A stretch of DNA of 64,000 nt, from NCBI GenBank assembly GCA_964016885.1, contig OZ024743.1:52328001-52392000 (forward strand), in the 5' to 3' direction. The position numbers and the translations under genes were made by a program. Source of the stretch: Eledone cirrhosa. Lineage: Eukaryota. The notes beneath the pieces were generated by a model, which had not been told where the DNA came from, did not search any database, and saw only the letters and a program-made list of their open reading frames with translations. Of this stretch, positions 12,737 to 26,363 are shown in pieces (the stretch's first letter is position 1; each line of letters begins with the position of its first letter).

Positions 12737-12787
12737 ATGTGAATAAAGCCCTTATAGTATAGCGAACCATGTCACTCTTCTTTCTTG

Positions 12788-12844
<57 letters not shown>

Positions 12845-12848
<4 letters not shown>

Positions 12849-12942
12849 GAAGGAAGTGTGGTAAGGAACCAGGTGGACCATAACGCACCAGAGTACCATA
12901 ACACACCGGAGCTCAGCCGTCGGGGTCCTGTCTCTTTTCCTA
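12845..12942. mobile_element. Penelope-like terminal fragment with internal inversion
   Basis: 12845-12898 is the reverse complement of 55246-55298; gagctcagccgtcggggtc matches 55187-55206 directly. Confidence 0.6.
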
Positions 12943-13492
12943 TATATATATATATATATACATGCACACACCCACACACAATATGTCCTTTTTACGGAAA
13001 TTAAGAACCCCCCCCCCCCCTCCTGTAGCAATTATTGAGTGAGAACTTGACTAATTACATGTCAAAGAAATGACATCTCCACCCTCTTATATAGATGGTG
13101 TGGCCAGGGGGAGAGGTATCCAGACTTTTATTAAATTTCCAAATATCAAATGCTCCCTCTAACAGCTGATTAGATGGTGGTGGGTGGGTGGGGGCGGGGT
13201 CTTTTAATTAAATCTGTATCTAATAGATTCTCCCTTGACATTTGACACAGTTTGGTCTTAAATTAAACTGTTAACACCCCCCCCCCCCTCCCCCTGTACC
13301 ATTGCCTGATAACAGGTGGTGGTGGCTGTGGTTGTAGTGTTACGTCTTTACCAAATGTTCTTTCATAAAAAGAAATATTTAATTAAACCTTTCTAATTAA
13401 CAACACTATTAATTTCTATTGTTAAGTTTCTTCCTGACAACTCAGTGTGTAATGAACAGTAATTGCAGTGAGAGGATAATAGAGGGGGAGTC

Positions 13493-13757
13493 ATAGAAAG
13501 GTGACAATAGTTTGGTGGAGTTATGGTAGAGAGATAATGACTTGGGTAAGAAGGGGTGATGGTTAGTAGCACAGAAATACATAGAAAGGTGACAATAGTT
13601 TGGTGGAGGTATGGTAGAGAGATAATGACTTGGGTAAGAAGGGGTGATGGTTAGTAGCACAGAAATACATAGAAAGGTGACAATAGTTTGGTGGAGTTAT
13701 GGTAGAGAGATAATGACTTGGGTAAGAAGGGGTGATGGTTAGTAGCACAGAAATACT
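13493..13757. repeat. 88-bp tandem repeat, 3 copies
   Basis: catagaaaggtgacaatag recurs at ~13492, 13580, 13668. Confidence 0.9.
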
Positions 13758-13949
13758 AACCACAATTTATGAAAGTGTGTATATGTTTGATGAATAGTGG
13801 TTGTAATGAGAGGATAGTAAAAGGGGAGTAATGGAAGAGAGACAGTGATGACAGATACATAGTTACTGGTTTGTGAGAGATGGATAGTAATAGAGATGGT
13901 TAATATTAAGAGAGTGTGGTGGATGTCAATGATGAATGGTTTGTTGAGT

Positions 13950-15885
13950 GAGGGAGTGATGGATATCAGTAACAAGGGGTCTGTTAGGTGAGGGAGTGAT
14001 GGATATCAGTAACAAGGGGTCTGTGAGGTGAGGGAGTGATGGATATCAGTAACAAGGGGTCTGTGAGGTGAGGGAGGGATGGATATCAGTAACAAGGGGT
14101 CTGTGAGGTGAGGGAGTGATGGATATCATTAACAAGGGGTCTGTGAGGTGAAGGAATGATGGATATCAGTAACAAGGGGTCTGTGAGGTGAGGGAGTGAT
14201 GGATATCATTAACAAGGGGTCTGTGAGGTGAAGGAGTGATGGATATCAGTAACAAGGGGTCTGTGAGGTGAGGGAATGATGGATATCATTAACAAGGGGT
14301 CTGTGAGGTGAAGGAGTGATGGATATCAGTAACAAGGGGTCTGTGAGGTGAGGGAGTGATGGATATCATTAACAAGGGGTCTGTGAGGTGAAGGAATGAT
14401 GGATATCAGTAACAAGGGGTTTGTGAGGTGAGGGAGTGATGGATATCATTAACAAGGGGTCTGTGAGGTGAAGGAGTGATGGATATCAGTAACAAGGGGT
14501 CTGTGAGGTGAGGGAGTAATGGATATCAATAACAAGGGGTCTGTGAGGTGAGGGAGTGATGGATATCAGTAACAAGGGGTCTGTGAGGTGAGGGAGTGAT
14601 GGATATCATTAATGCAGGGTCCATGAGGTGAGGGAGTGATGGATATCAGTAACAAGGGGTCTGTGAGGTGAGGGAGTGATGGATATCATTAACAAGGGGT
14701 CTGTGAGGTGAAGGAGTGATGGATATCAGTAACAAGGGGTCTGTGAGGTGAGGGAGTGATGGATATCAGTAACAAGGGGTCTGTGAGGTGAGGGAGTGAT
14801 GGATATCATTAACAAGGGGTCTGTGAGGTGAAGGAATGATGGATATCAGTAACAAGGGGTCTGTGAGGTGAGGGAGTGATGGATATCAGTAACAAGGGGT
14901 CTGTGAGGTGAGGGAGTGATGGATATCAGTAACAAGGGGTCTGTGAGGTGAGGGAGTGATGGATATCATTAACAAGGGGTCTGTGAGGTGAAGGAGTGAT
15001 GGATATCAGTAACAAGGGGTCTGTGAGGTGAGGGAGTAATGGATATCAATAACAAGGGGTCTGTGAGGTGAGGGAGTGATGGATATCAGTAACAAGGGGT
15101 CTGTGAGGTGAGGGAGTGATGGATATCATTAATGCAGGGTCCATGAGGTGAAGGAGTGATGGATATCAGTAACAAGGGGTCTGTGAGGTGAGGGAGTGAT
15201 GGATATCATTAACAAGGGGTCTGTGAGGTGAAGGAGTGATGGATATCAGTAACAAGGGGTCTGTGAGGTGAGGGAGTGATGGATATCATTAACAAGGGGT
15301 CTGTGAGGTGAGGGAGTGATGGATATCAGTAACAAGGGGTCTGTGAGGTGAGGGAGTGATGGATATCAGTAACAAGGGGTCTGTGAGGTGAGGGAGTGAT
15401 GGATATCAGTAACAAGGGGTCTGTGAGGTGAAGGAGTGATGGATATCATTAATGCAGGGTCCGTGAGGTGAGGGAGTGATGGATATCATTAACAAGGGGT
15501 CTGTGAGGTGAAGGAGTGATGGATATCATTAACAAGGGGTCTGTGAGGTGAGGGAGTGATGGATATCATTAACAAGGGGTCTGTAAGGTGAGGGAGTGAT
15601 GGATATCAGTAACAAGGGGTCTGTGAGGTGAGGGAGTGATGGATATCAGTAACAAGGGGTCTGTGAGGTGAAGGAGTGATGGATATCATTAATGCAGGGT
15701 CCGTGAGGTGAGGGAGTGATGGATATCATTAACAAGGGGTCTGTGAGGTGAAGGAGTGATGGATATCATTAACAAGGGGTCTGTGAGGTGAGGGAGTGAT
15801 GGATATCATTAACAAGGGGTCTGTAAGGTGAGGGAGTGATGGATATCATTAACAAGAGGTCTGTGAGGTGAGGGAGTGATGGCTA
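13950..15885. repeat. 40-bp minisatellite, ~48 copies
   Basis: Unit agggagtgatggatatcagtaacaaggggtctgtgaggtg. Confidence 0.97.
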
Positions 15886-16642
15886 GCAGCACAGAAATGG
15901 TGATGACAGGGTTTAGCAGATACATCTGGATTCAATTCAATCACTCATGTATAGGAGTCTTGAAAAAAGAGAGAGGTAGAGTAATAAGTTTGGTTGATTG
16001 AATATAATGGACCTTCATCTGTTTTGATGGTGAATATTCCAGTTGTTCAACCAGTGTAACAGCCTGCTCATGAAATTGACATATCTATGGCTGAGTATTC
16101 CACTGCCACGTGAACCCTTGATGTGCTTCTTGGAGAAATTTATCATGACACAGTATCTGATGGAGCTGGTCCTTTGCATTACAGGTACAGTACAGCCAAT
16201 GGGCTTTCTAACAGTTTCCATCTACACAATTTCACAGGGCTTGGGTTGACCCAAGGTAATGTTAAAATGGTAAATGACAGTGGCATTGAATGTGGGACCC
16301 AATGATTGCAAAATAAACTTCTCACCCATTTAGCTATACTGCATCCACTTTGGTGGATGGTAGACTGAATATGGTCAGGTCTATTGCCATATCTTTAGCA
16401 GAGTTCACTTTGTCGCAAACATACCAATAAGGATTCTGGTTTGAGGATACCTATCTCCATGCCTCCATCCCCCCTCCTATCAACCTCTTGGCTCTTTCCA
16501 TAACTAAACAGGAAAAAACAAAATGTATTCTACTACTGTTTCATAATTTTATAGATTTTTATGAGAACAGTCTGCATTATTTATATTTATTGTTATAGTT
16601 GTTGTTACCCCTGTTGTTATTGTTGTTACTATTATTATTAAT

Positions 16643-16843
16643 GGGCGGTGAATTGGCAGTATCGGTAGAGGGTCGGACGCCATGCTTTCTAGCATAGTTA
16701 TGTCCCTTTATGATCCCTTTACAGTCTAAGTTCAAATCCCGTCTAGGTTAACTTTGCCTTTCATCCTTACGGGGTTGATAAAATAAAGTATCAGTAATAC
16801 ACTGGGATAATTGCTGGCCTTGTGCCAAAAGTAGAAACAATTA
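16643..16843 (+). mobile_element. SINE family 2
   Basis: Homologous to 9486-9672. Confidence 0.85.
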
Positions 16844-16915
16844 TATATGTTTACTATTATATACACAGATACATAGTCCCCAGTGAATTGCTAGAGATAC
16901 GTTGTTTTGGTGCTT

Positions 16916-17128
16916 TAACTCTTTAGCATTTAAACCGGCCATATCCAACCAGAATTCTCTCACCTCTTCCTGTTCAAACTAGCTGTATCTGGCTGCTCAT
17001 ACTGATGTTAAGGTATTGTACTCAAAATAAATACCATCAAAATCTCATAGATTCGATAATATGAGAGATGAGTATGTAAGGTAAAGCTTTAACCATGAAA
17101 ATGTAATAGTAAATATGGAGTAATGTAC
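16916..17128 (-). mobile_element. piggyBac-like MITE, reverse orientation
   Basis: ttaactctttagcatttaaaccggcc... is the reverse complement of the 1507-1727 family. Confidence 0.8.
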
Positions 17129-17300
17129 AACTGACTCTAGTGCACAAGGGACACTAATAACGACTATGATCTGCTATTGAAAAGATATTGATGTGGTCCA
17201 ACATATTGATTAGCCAATGAGGAAAGATAGAGAATATACAAATGTTAATAAAATTATTGTCAGTTTGGATGTTAAGACCTAAAAAGACAGATATATATAT

Positions 17301-19419
17301 ATCATCATCATCATCATCGTTTAACGTCCATGATCCACGCTTGCATGGGTTTGGACGGGAGTTTTCCCACTTGAGGCAAGAGTGGTTGTCTTGCTCGCAT
17401 AGGACTGTCTGGCGGGTTTTCTACAGCTGGATGCCCTTCCTAACACCAACCACATTTACAGTGTGGGACTGGGAGGTTTTTACCGTGTTGCCTACACGGC
17501 CACATTACAGCGTGGACTGTGTGTTTTTTTGTCGTGACACCTACACGATCTCATTTGTTTCGGCCTGGATGTTGTGACACCAACATAACTTTACATTGAA
17601 AGGGGCGGTGTGGATGGGGTGGGGGTGGTGTGACGGGGGCGTATTTTGTTAGAGATGCCTACTGACTGTAGTAGGTTTACTTTGTATTTAGGCAAGGCGG
17701 GTCTTCTCTATTACTGAGTACCGCCAAAGATCTCTCAGTGACATTGTCTTGGAGAGGTGTAAGTGTGTGAGGTCGGAATTTATCAGGTCGTCCCAGGTTT
17801 TTCTGGGTCTGCCTACTCCGTGGCTACCGTCTATCTTTATTGCCCTGCACTTTTTTATACAGCTGTCGTCTTTCATGCGCATCACGTGACCATACCAACG
17901 TAGCCTTCTCTCGAGTAAACAACATCTGATCCCTCTTATTTCTAATTTCTCCCTTAGTTCGTTTATGTTTTGCCGTTCGCGTATATTACTATTACACATC
18001 CAGCGGAGCATGCAAGCTTCGTTCCTCTCTAGTCTGCGTATATCCTCTGCACACAATGCCCAGGTCTCATTGCCATGCAACATTGCTGTTCGTATGCAGG
18101 CATCATACAACCTGCCTTTTATTTTTAGGGAGAACCCTTTAGCGGCTAATAGTGGTATAAGCTCTCTGAACTTTTTCCATCCAGTTCTGACTCTAGCTAC
18201 TGTACTTTCAGAGCACCCTCCCCCACTACTGATTTTGTCACCCAGGTAACGGAAGCTGTCCACTATTTCTATAGAACCCTCTGCGCAATTGAAAGAGCTA
18301 GTATTTTGTGTGCACTTGCTGCTACTTATTGCACCAGAGCACCGGCCACATGTAAAATCTATGTTCTTAGTTAGCTTACCTGTGATCCCACTACATCTTT
18401 TATGCACCCATACTTTGCATTTGGGACATAAAATGGAGTTTCTACCTACGCCTTTCCTACACACTGAGCATGGCCATTTCCCGGAAGGGACCGGCGCCTT
18501 ATTTTCTTTCCTACAAACTAGAACTTTAGTCTTAGCCAGGTTAATTTTAAGGCCTTTTGATTCTAGGCCGTGCTTCCATGTTTGGAATTTCTTCTCTAGC
18601 TCGGCCATTGATTCAGCTATGAGCGTTAGATCATCTGCGTATAGGAGTTCCCATGGGCAGCCGGTCTTGAACTCCACTGTTATAGCCTGAAGGGCAATAA
18701 TAAATAGTAGGGGGCTAAGAACAGAGCTCTGATGAACACCAACTTTTACACTAAACTCTTCATTATATTCGTTGTTAATTCTAACCTTGCTGACTGTTTC
18801 TTTATACATGGCTTGTATAGCTCTCACAAGCCATTCGTCAACACCTAGTTTTCTAAGAGCCCACCAGATAATGGAATGGGGGACTCTGTCGAAAGCTTTC
18901 TCCAAGTGAACAAAATCTAAGTATAGGGGTTTACTTTTAGCTAGGTACTTCTCCTGTAGTTGTCGTACAATGAAAAGAGCGTCTGTGGTACTTTTGCCTG
19001 ACACAAACCCGAACTGCATTTCATCTAGATCAATTCTCTCTCTGATTAGTTGCGCTATTACTTTTTCCGTGACCTTCATGACCTGGTCGATTAATTTAAT
19101 GCCTCTATAGTTACTCCTATCTAGGGCATCTCCTTTACCCTTGTAACAGTTAATGATGATGCTGCTACGCCAGTCCTTCGGAACAACCCCATTCTGTATG
19201 ACTTGGTTTACTATCCGGGTGACCATGGTGTGTCCCACCGTTCCAGAGGCTTTCAGCATCTCAGCAACTATTTCCGAAGGCCCAGCCGCCTTACCCGTCT
19301 TCATATCTTTGATTGCCTTACTTATACTACCTTCGACTAACACTGCCGGTCCCTCTATTGGGTCGATGTGGGGGAGACTGTCTTTCTCCCATTTATTCTC
19401 CTCATTTAGAAGCCTTTCG

Positions 19420-19420
<1 letters not shown>
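17301..19420 (-). mobile_element. 5'-truncated RTE LINE copy B (RT, PHD-like finger, 3' UTR, tail)
   Basis: ORF 17688-~19419 with QFGF, FVHLEKAFD (motif A Asp to His), YADD; (ATC)n tail at 17301. Confidence 0.95.
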
Positions 19421-19452
<32 letters not shown>

Positions 19453-19592
19453 CTAACCCATGCTAGCATGGAAGATAGGCGTTAAACGATGATGATGATG
19501 ATATATATATGTGTGTGTGTGTGCATTCACATACACAAACACACGTGTGTGTGTGTGCATTCACATACACAAACACACGTGTGTGTGTGTGC

Positions 19593-19636
<44 letters not shown>

Positions 19637-19640
<4 letters not shown>

Positions 19641-19982
19641 AGGCATATGGCTTAGTGGTTAGAGCATTGGTCTTGCAATCGAAAGGTTATGAGTTCAATT
19701 CTCGGACCGGGTGATGTGTTGTTTCCTTGAGCAAGAGACTTTATTTCACATTGCTCCAGTTTACTCAGCTGTAGAAATGAGATGATAGGGACTGGGGTCC
19801 ATATCATTCCACTGCAAAGTGGTCATAGTAGTGCCACGGCAAAAAAACACCCAGCACTCACTGTAAATGAGATTGGTGTTAGGAAGGGCATCCAGCTGTA
19901 GAAATCAAGCCAGTATCAATTCCCGTCCCACCCTTGCAAGCAGGGAAAAGCGGAAGTAAAAATGAAATGAAATGAAATGATA
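19637..19982 (+). mobile_element. tRNA-derived SINE family 1
   Basis: A box tggcttagtgg, B box gagttcaattc, core ccttgagcaagagacttt, RTE-like tail ending (AAATG)n. Confidence 0.9.
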
Positions 19983-20419
19983 TATATACAAATAAATGGC
20001 AATATATTTATGTATACACACACACATATTTACACATAGAAATGCATAAATGTATATATAGCTTGATAGACATACATATATACCCATGTTGACACACAGT
20101 AATTCTGTGTTCCTTGACCTAAAATCTGGTTATTTTCTCTGCTGACCCATCCTTCATTTTTAAACATTCAAAACAACTTCTTGAAATAACTGATTCTGTG
20201 TTTATATATATACATATATATATATGTATATATATAATGCGTTCACACACACATGTGTGTGTGAGTGTGTGTTTATATTTTGGAAGATGATTAAAGAGAA
20301 ATAATAATAATAATAATAATAATTGGTGGTAATGGTGGTGGTTGTTGTGGTTGTTGTGGTTGTTGTTACTGTTTAATGTTTACATATTTAGCTATTACTA
20401 TAGTTCTTTACCCTGACCT

Positions 20420-21252
20420 GGCTGGTTGGTTGGATGGTTGGTTGGCTGGTTGGTGGTTGGTTGGCTGGCATGGAGGCTAGTCGGTTGGTTGGTTGGCTGG
20501 CTGGCTGGTTGGATGGTTAGCTGGTTGGTTGGTTGGCTGGTGGCTGGTTGGTTGGTTGGCTGGCTGGTTGGTTAGCTGGCTGGGTGGCTGGTTGGTTAGC
20601 TGGTTGGTTGGTTGGCTGGTTAGTTCGCTGGATAGTTGGTTGGCTGGCTGATGGCTGGTTGGTTGGTTGGCTGGTTGGTTGGTTAGCTGGTTGGTTGGTT
20701 GGCTGGCTGGTTAGCTGGATAGTTGGTTGGCTGGCTGGTGGCTGGTTGGTTGGCTGGCTGGTTGGTTAGCTGGCTGGGTGGCTGGTTGGCTGGCTGATGG
20801 CTGGTTGGTTGGTTGGTTGGCTGGCTGGTTGGCTGGCTGATGGCTGGTTGGTTGGTTGGTTGGCTGGCTGGTTGGTTAGTTGGTTGGCTGGTTGGTTGGC
20901 TGGCTGGGTGTAAGTTGGCTGGCTGGGTGGTTGGTTGGCTGGCTGGCGGGGTGGTTGGTTGGTGGTTGGGTGTTTGGTTGGCTGGGTGGTTGGTTGGCTG
21001 GCTGGCTGGTTGGTTGGTTGGCTGGCTGGCTGGTTGGTTGGCTGGCGGAGTGGTTAGTTGGTTGGCTGGGTGGTTGGTTGGCTGGCTGGCTGGTTGGTTG
21101 GTTGGCTGGCTGGCTGGTTGGTTGGCTGGCGGAGTGGTTGGTTGGCTGACTGGCTGGCGGAGTGGTTGGTTGGCTGGCTGGCTGGTTGGCTGGCGGAGTG
21201 GCTGGTTGGCTGGGTGGTTGGTTGGCTGGCTGGCTGGTTGGTTGGTTGGTTG
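20420..21252. repeat. (TTGG/CTGG)n tetranucleotide satellite
   Basis: Direct reading. Confidence 0.95.
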
Positions 21253-21603
21253 TGTGTGGTCAAGAGGTGTGGCAGCTCTAACTGAGAGCTTCACTGTTCT
21301 GTGGAGTAAACAACTGGCTTGTCTACATAACATTTATGTAGATGAATTAATGTAGTTATTGTTTAGTAGTTTCAAATATGATAAAGTACCTGTGGCTCCC
21401 TCTTCCTCAGAGTTATCTAGGTTTATCATTGAAGTTATAGTTGTGGTAATATCTGATGCACTGCTGGCTTCTTGAACCACCTTCCTACTTATTGGAAGAT
21501 AGGTTTGAAGATGGTCATCTGCAAGAACGAGTTCCTCAAGTAGAATTTGCTCAAACTCTATTTCTCTCTCTCTCACACACTTTCTACTCTCCCTCTCTTT
21601 CTC

Positions 21604-21800
21604 TGGTGGTGGTGGTTGTGGTGGTGGTGTGGTGGTGGTGGTAGTGGTGGTGATGGTGGCGATTGTGGTGGCGGTGGTGATTATAGTGGTTGTAGTAGTG
21701 GTGGTGGTAGTGGTAGTGATGGTGATGGTGGCGGTTGTGGTGGCAGTGGTGGTGGTGGTGGTGGTGGTGGTGGTGGTGGTGGTGGTGGTGGTGGTGGTGC
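21604..21800. repeat. (GGT)n trinucleotide tract
   Basis: Direct reading. Confidence 0.9.
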
Positions 21801-22312
21801 CTAATGTTAGCTTGGTGGTGGGGGTGGGTGGGGGTGCTTAATGGTAGCTTGGCAGCTTGTCACTTAGAATATGGTGAATGTGGCACTGCACTTAATAAAC
21901 TCTCGCTTTTCACACCAGCTTTTCTCTTTGATTCTTCCACAGGCAGACAGGAATAAGCTTGTACACATCCTAGATGTTGTTATAGTGACTGTAGATCTAT
22001 ATATGTGTGGATATATGTGTGGATTTATGTGTGTGTGGATATATGTGTGTGTGTGGATATATGTGTGTGTGGATATATGTGTGTGTCTTTCGCTCTGTGT
22101 GTGTTTGTGTGTGAATACATTTGTTTACACATCTGTGTGTGTAGATATATATCTATGTGTGAGTGTGTGGGGGCATATTTATTTAAGCATGTGTGTGTAG
22201 ATATGTATGTATGTGAACGTGTGTTCATGTATATGCATTGTGTGATAAATATATATATATATTTATTTATATATATAAATATATATAAATGTATTTATTC
22301 TTATATAGAAAC

Positions 22313-22651
22313 ATGGAGGCACATGGCTTACTGGTTAGAGCATTGGCCTTGCAATCGAAAGGTTGTGAGTTCAATTCTCAGACCGGGTGATGTGTTGTTT
22401 CCTTGAGCAAGACACTTTATTTCACATTGCTCCAGTTTACTCAGCTGTAGAAATGAGATGATAGGACTGGGGTCCCTATCATTCCACTGCAAAGTGGTCG
22501 TGGAGGTGCCACGGCAAAAAAGCACCCAGCACTCACTGTAAATGAGGTTGGTGTTAGGAAGGGCATCCAGCTGTAGAAATCAAGCCAGAATCAGTTCCTG
22601 TCCCACCCTTGCAAGCAGGGAAAAGTGGACGTAAAATGAAATGATGATGAT
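22313..22651 (+). mobile_element. tRNA-derived SINE family 1
   Basis: Near-identical to 19637-19982 and to the reverse of 12004-12353. Confidence 0.9.
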
Positions 22652-22810
22652 AAACGTGGTTGGTGTTAGGAAGGGCATCCAGCCGTAGAAAACCTGCCAG
22701 ACAGTCCTATACGAGCAAGACAACCAATCTTGCCTCAAGTGGGACAACTCCCGTCTATCCCATGCTAGCGTGGAAGATAGACGTTAAACGATAATGATGA
22801 TGATGATGAT
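22652..22810 (+). mobile_element. RTE 3' tail fragment
   Basis: Matches the terminal ~160 bp of the RTE UTR; (GAT)n tail. Confidence 0.85.
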
Positions 22811-23185
22811 ATCAATGATATTAAATAAATGGAAACTATATTTATAAAACCATATTTATTCTATTATATATATTTCAAGTGTACCAAAACAAGTGTACCA
22901 GTTTTACCAGGATAGTTTACCTATCCAGGTAAAACTTGAACTGTTAAGATCTCGTTCTTGGATATGTCAATATTTATAAAACAAACTTTGTATTTTATTT
23001 GATGAGGGCGTACCAAAGTTTTGGTACACTTGAAATATATATAATAGAATAAATATGGTTTTATAAATATAGTTTCCATTTATTTAATATCATTGATATT
23101 ATACTCCAGAAAACTTGTTGAGTGCTTCGAATCAGTTATAAACATATATATTTGTTGAATTACCAACAAATTAAATATCCCTTTG
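22809..23185 (+). mobile_element. Penelope-like pLTR with 82-bp inverted arms and a hammerhead motif (22991-23051)
   Basis: 22809-22890 is the reverse complement of 23018-23099; tattttat-TTGATGA-gggcgtaccaaa g ttttggtacactt-GAAAT-atat-ATA-atagaata. Confidence 0.7.
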
Positions 23186-23224
<39 letters not shown>

Positions 23225-23257
23225 TATATATATATTCTATATATATTCTATATATAT

Positions 23258-23290
<33 letters not shown>

Positions 23291-23292
<2 letters not shown>

Positions 23293-25968
23293 TATGAGAC
23301 ACTGATGCTAACTACCTCCCAAATATCCGACAGTGACTATATAATTATCGCAGGCGACCTAAATGGTCACGTTGGACAACATTGTGACGGCTACGACGAA
23401 ATCCATGGAGGCTATGGGTTTGGTACTAGAAATGAGGAAGGCTCCAGAATCCTGGAATTCTGTGATGCAAATAACCTAACTATCTGTAACACTAACTTCA
23501 AAAAACGTGACAATCACCTGATCACCTATAGATCCGGGGAACACACAAGCCAGGTAGATTATATCCTTACCAGAAGACGTGACAGAGTGTCTGTTGTTAA
23601 CACTAAATCCCTCCCCCATGAAGAATGCACCTCCCAACATAGACTGATAATTAGCGACCTCATAGTCAGGACGAGACGTACTCGACAACAGAAGAGGACT
23701 ATCCTCAGGAGGAAAATATGGAAGCTAAAGGACCCCACAGCCAGGAATAAATTTCAAAACATATTACTTGATGCTTTCGACAGTAAGGAAGAACATTTAG
23801 AGTCGGACAATATAGAGGGAGAGTGGGAATTTCTGAAAGCAAACCTGCTGTTGGCGACATACGAAGTCTGTGGCTGGAGCAGGCCTGTAGGCAGGAGGAG
23901 AGTAACATGGTGGTGGAACAGTAAGGTGGAGGGGTCAATTAAGGCCAAAAAGCAGGCTTGGAAAGTATGGCGGGATGGGGGAAGTAGAGAGGACTATCAA
24001 GTGGCCAGGAGGGAAGCTAGGAGACAAGTGTACTTAGCAAGAAGGGAAGCTGAGGAAAGAAAGTTCAAGCATGTTCTACAACGCGATGACCAAAAACGTG
24101 AGGTGTTCAGGATTGCTAGGCAATGCGTCAAGGAAAACCGTGATATTGTCGGGGAGAAGTGTGTACTAAACGGCGATGGCACACTTGCCATCACCGACGC
24201 TGATAAGAAGGTAGCTTGGAAGTGTCACTATGAAAGGCTACTAAATGAGGAGAATAATTGGGAGAAAGGCAGTCTGCCCCATATCGACCCAATAGAGGGA
24301 CCAGCAGTGTTAGTCGAGGGGAGTATAATAAGTAAGGCAATCAAGGATATGAAGACGGGTAAGGCGGCTGGGCCTTCGGAAATAGTTGCTGAGATGCTGA
24401 AGGCATCTGGCACGGTGGGACACACCATGGTCACCCGCATAGTTAACCAAGTCGTACAGAATGGGGTTGTTCCGAAGGACTGGCATAGCAGCATCATCGT
24501 TAACTGTTATAAGGGTAAAGGAGACGCCCTAGATAGGAGTAACTATAGAGGCATTAAATTAATCGACCAGGTCATGAAGGTCACGGAAAAAGTAATAGCG
24601 CAACTAATCAGAGAGAGAATTGACCTAGATGAAATGCAGTTCGGGTTTGTGTCAGGCAAAAGTACCACAGACGCTCTTTTCATAGTACGACAACTACAGG
24701 AGAAGTACCTAGCTAAAGGTAAACCCCTCTACTTAGCTTTTGTCGACTTGGAGAAAGCCTTCGACAGAGTCCCCCGCTCCATTATCTGGTGGGCTCTTAG
24801 AAAACTAGGCGTTGACGAATGGCTTGTGAGGGCTATACAAGCCATGTATAAAGAAACAGTCAGCAAGGTTAGAATTAACAACGAATATAGTGAAGAGTTT
24901 AGCGTAAAAGTTGGCGTCCATCAGGGCTCTGTTCTCAGCCCACTACTATTTATTATTGCCCTTCAGGCTATAACAGAGGAGTTCAAGACAGGCTGCCCAT
25001 GGGAACTCCTATACGCAGACGACCTGACACTCATAGCGGAATCAATGGCCGAGCTAGAGAAGAAATTCCAAACATGGAAGCACGGCCTAGAGTCAAAAGG
25101 ACTTAAAATTAACCTGGCTAAGACCAAAGTACTAGTTTGTAGGAAAGAAAACAAGGCGGCGGTCCCTTCTGGGAAATGGTCGTGCTCGGTGTGTAGGAAA
25201 GGCGTAGGTAGAAACTCCATTTTATGTCCTAAATGCAAAGTATGGGTGCATAAAAGATGTAGTGGGATCACAGGTAAGCTAACTAAGAACATAGATTTTA
25301 CATGTGGCCGGTGCTCTGGTGCAATAAGTAGCAGCAAGTGCCCACAAACTACTAGCTCTTTCAATTGCGCAGAGGGTTCTATAGAAATAGTGGACAGCTT
25401 CCGTTACCTGGGCGATAAAATCAGCAGTGGGGGAGGGTGCTCTGAAAGTACTGTAGCTAGAGTCAGAACTGGTTGGAAAAAGTTCAGAGAGCTTATACCA
25501 CTATTAGCTGCTAAAGGGTTCTCACTAAAAATGAAAGGCAGGTTGTACGATGCCTGCATACGAACAGCAATGCTGCACGGCAGTGAGACCTGGGCATTGT
25601 GTGCAGAGGATATACGCAGACTAGAGAGGAACGAAGCTTGCATGCTCCGCTGGATGTGTAACAGTAATATACGTGAACAGCAAAGCATAAACGAACTAAG
25701 GAAAAAATTAGAGATAAGAGGGATCAGATGTTGTTTACTCGAGAGAAGGCTACGTTGGTATGGACACGTGATGCGCATGAAAGTCGATAGCTGTATAACA
25801 AAGTGCAGGGCAATAAAGATAGACGGTAGTCACGGAATAGGCAGACCTAGGAAAACCTGGGACGAGCTGATAAACTCCGACATCACACACTTACACCTCT
25901 CCAAGACAATGTCACTGGACCGAGACCTTTGGCGGTACTCAGTAACAGAGAAGACCCGCCTTACCTAA
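23291..25968 (+). CDS. RTE retrotransposon ORF (partial APE, RT, PHD-like finger); the true start is missing
   Basis: ORF track 23122-25968; the first ~56 codons come from flanking sequence and microsatellite, not from the element. Confidence 0.9.
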
Positions 25969-26363
25969 ATATATAGTAAAACCTACTCCAGCCAGTAGGC
26001 ATCTCTAACAAAATACACCCCGTCCCACCACCCCCGCCCCCACCCCATCCACACCACCCCGTTCTATGTAAAGTTATGTTGGTGCCGCGCCATCGAGGCC
26101 GAAACAAATGAGATCGTGTAGGTGTCACGACAAAAAAACACACAGTCCACGCTGTAATGTGGCCGTGTAGGCAACACGGTAAAAACCTCCCAGACCCACA
26201 CTGTAAATGTGGTTGGTGTTAGTAAGGGCATCCAACTGTAGAAAACCTGCCAGACAGTCCTATGCGAGCAAGACAATCACTCTTGCCTCAAGTGGGACTA
26301 CCCCCGTCCAAACCCATGCAAGCGTGGAACACGGACGTTAAACGTTGATGATGATGATGATGA

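Noticed and set aside
19637-19710. Functional tRNA gene (A/B boxes, TTGCAA loop)
   Set aside because: It is the head of a multi-copy SINE that continues into a core and an RTE tail; no acceptor stem
21390-21560. Minus-strand exon-like stretch EFEQILLEELVLADDHLQ... ending at CAG|gtactt
   Set aside because: No pyrimidine-rich acceptor, no recognisable homology and no partner exon
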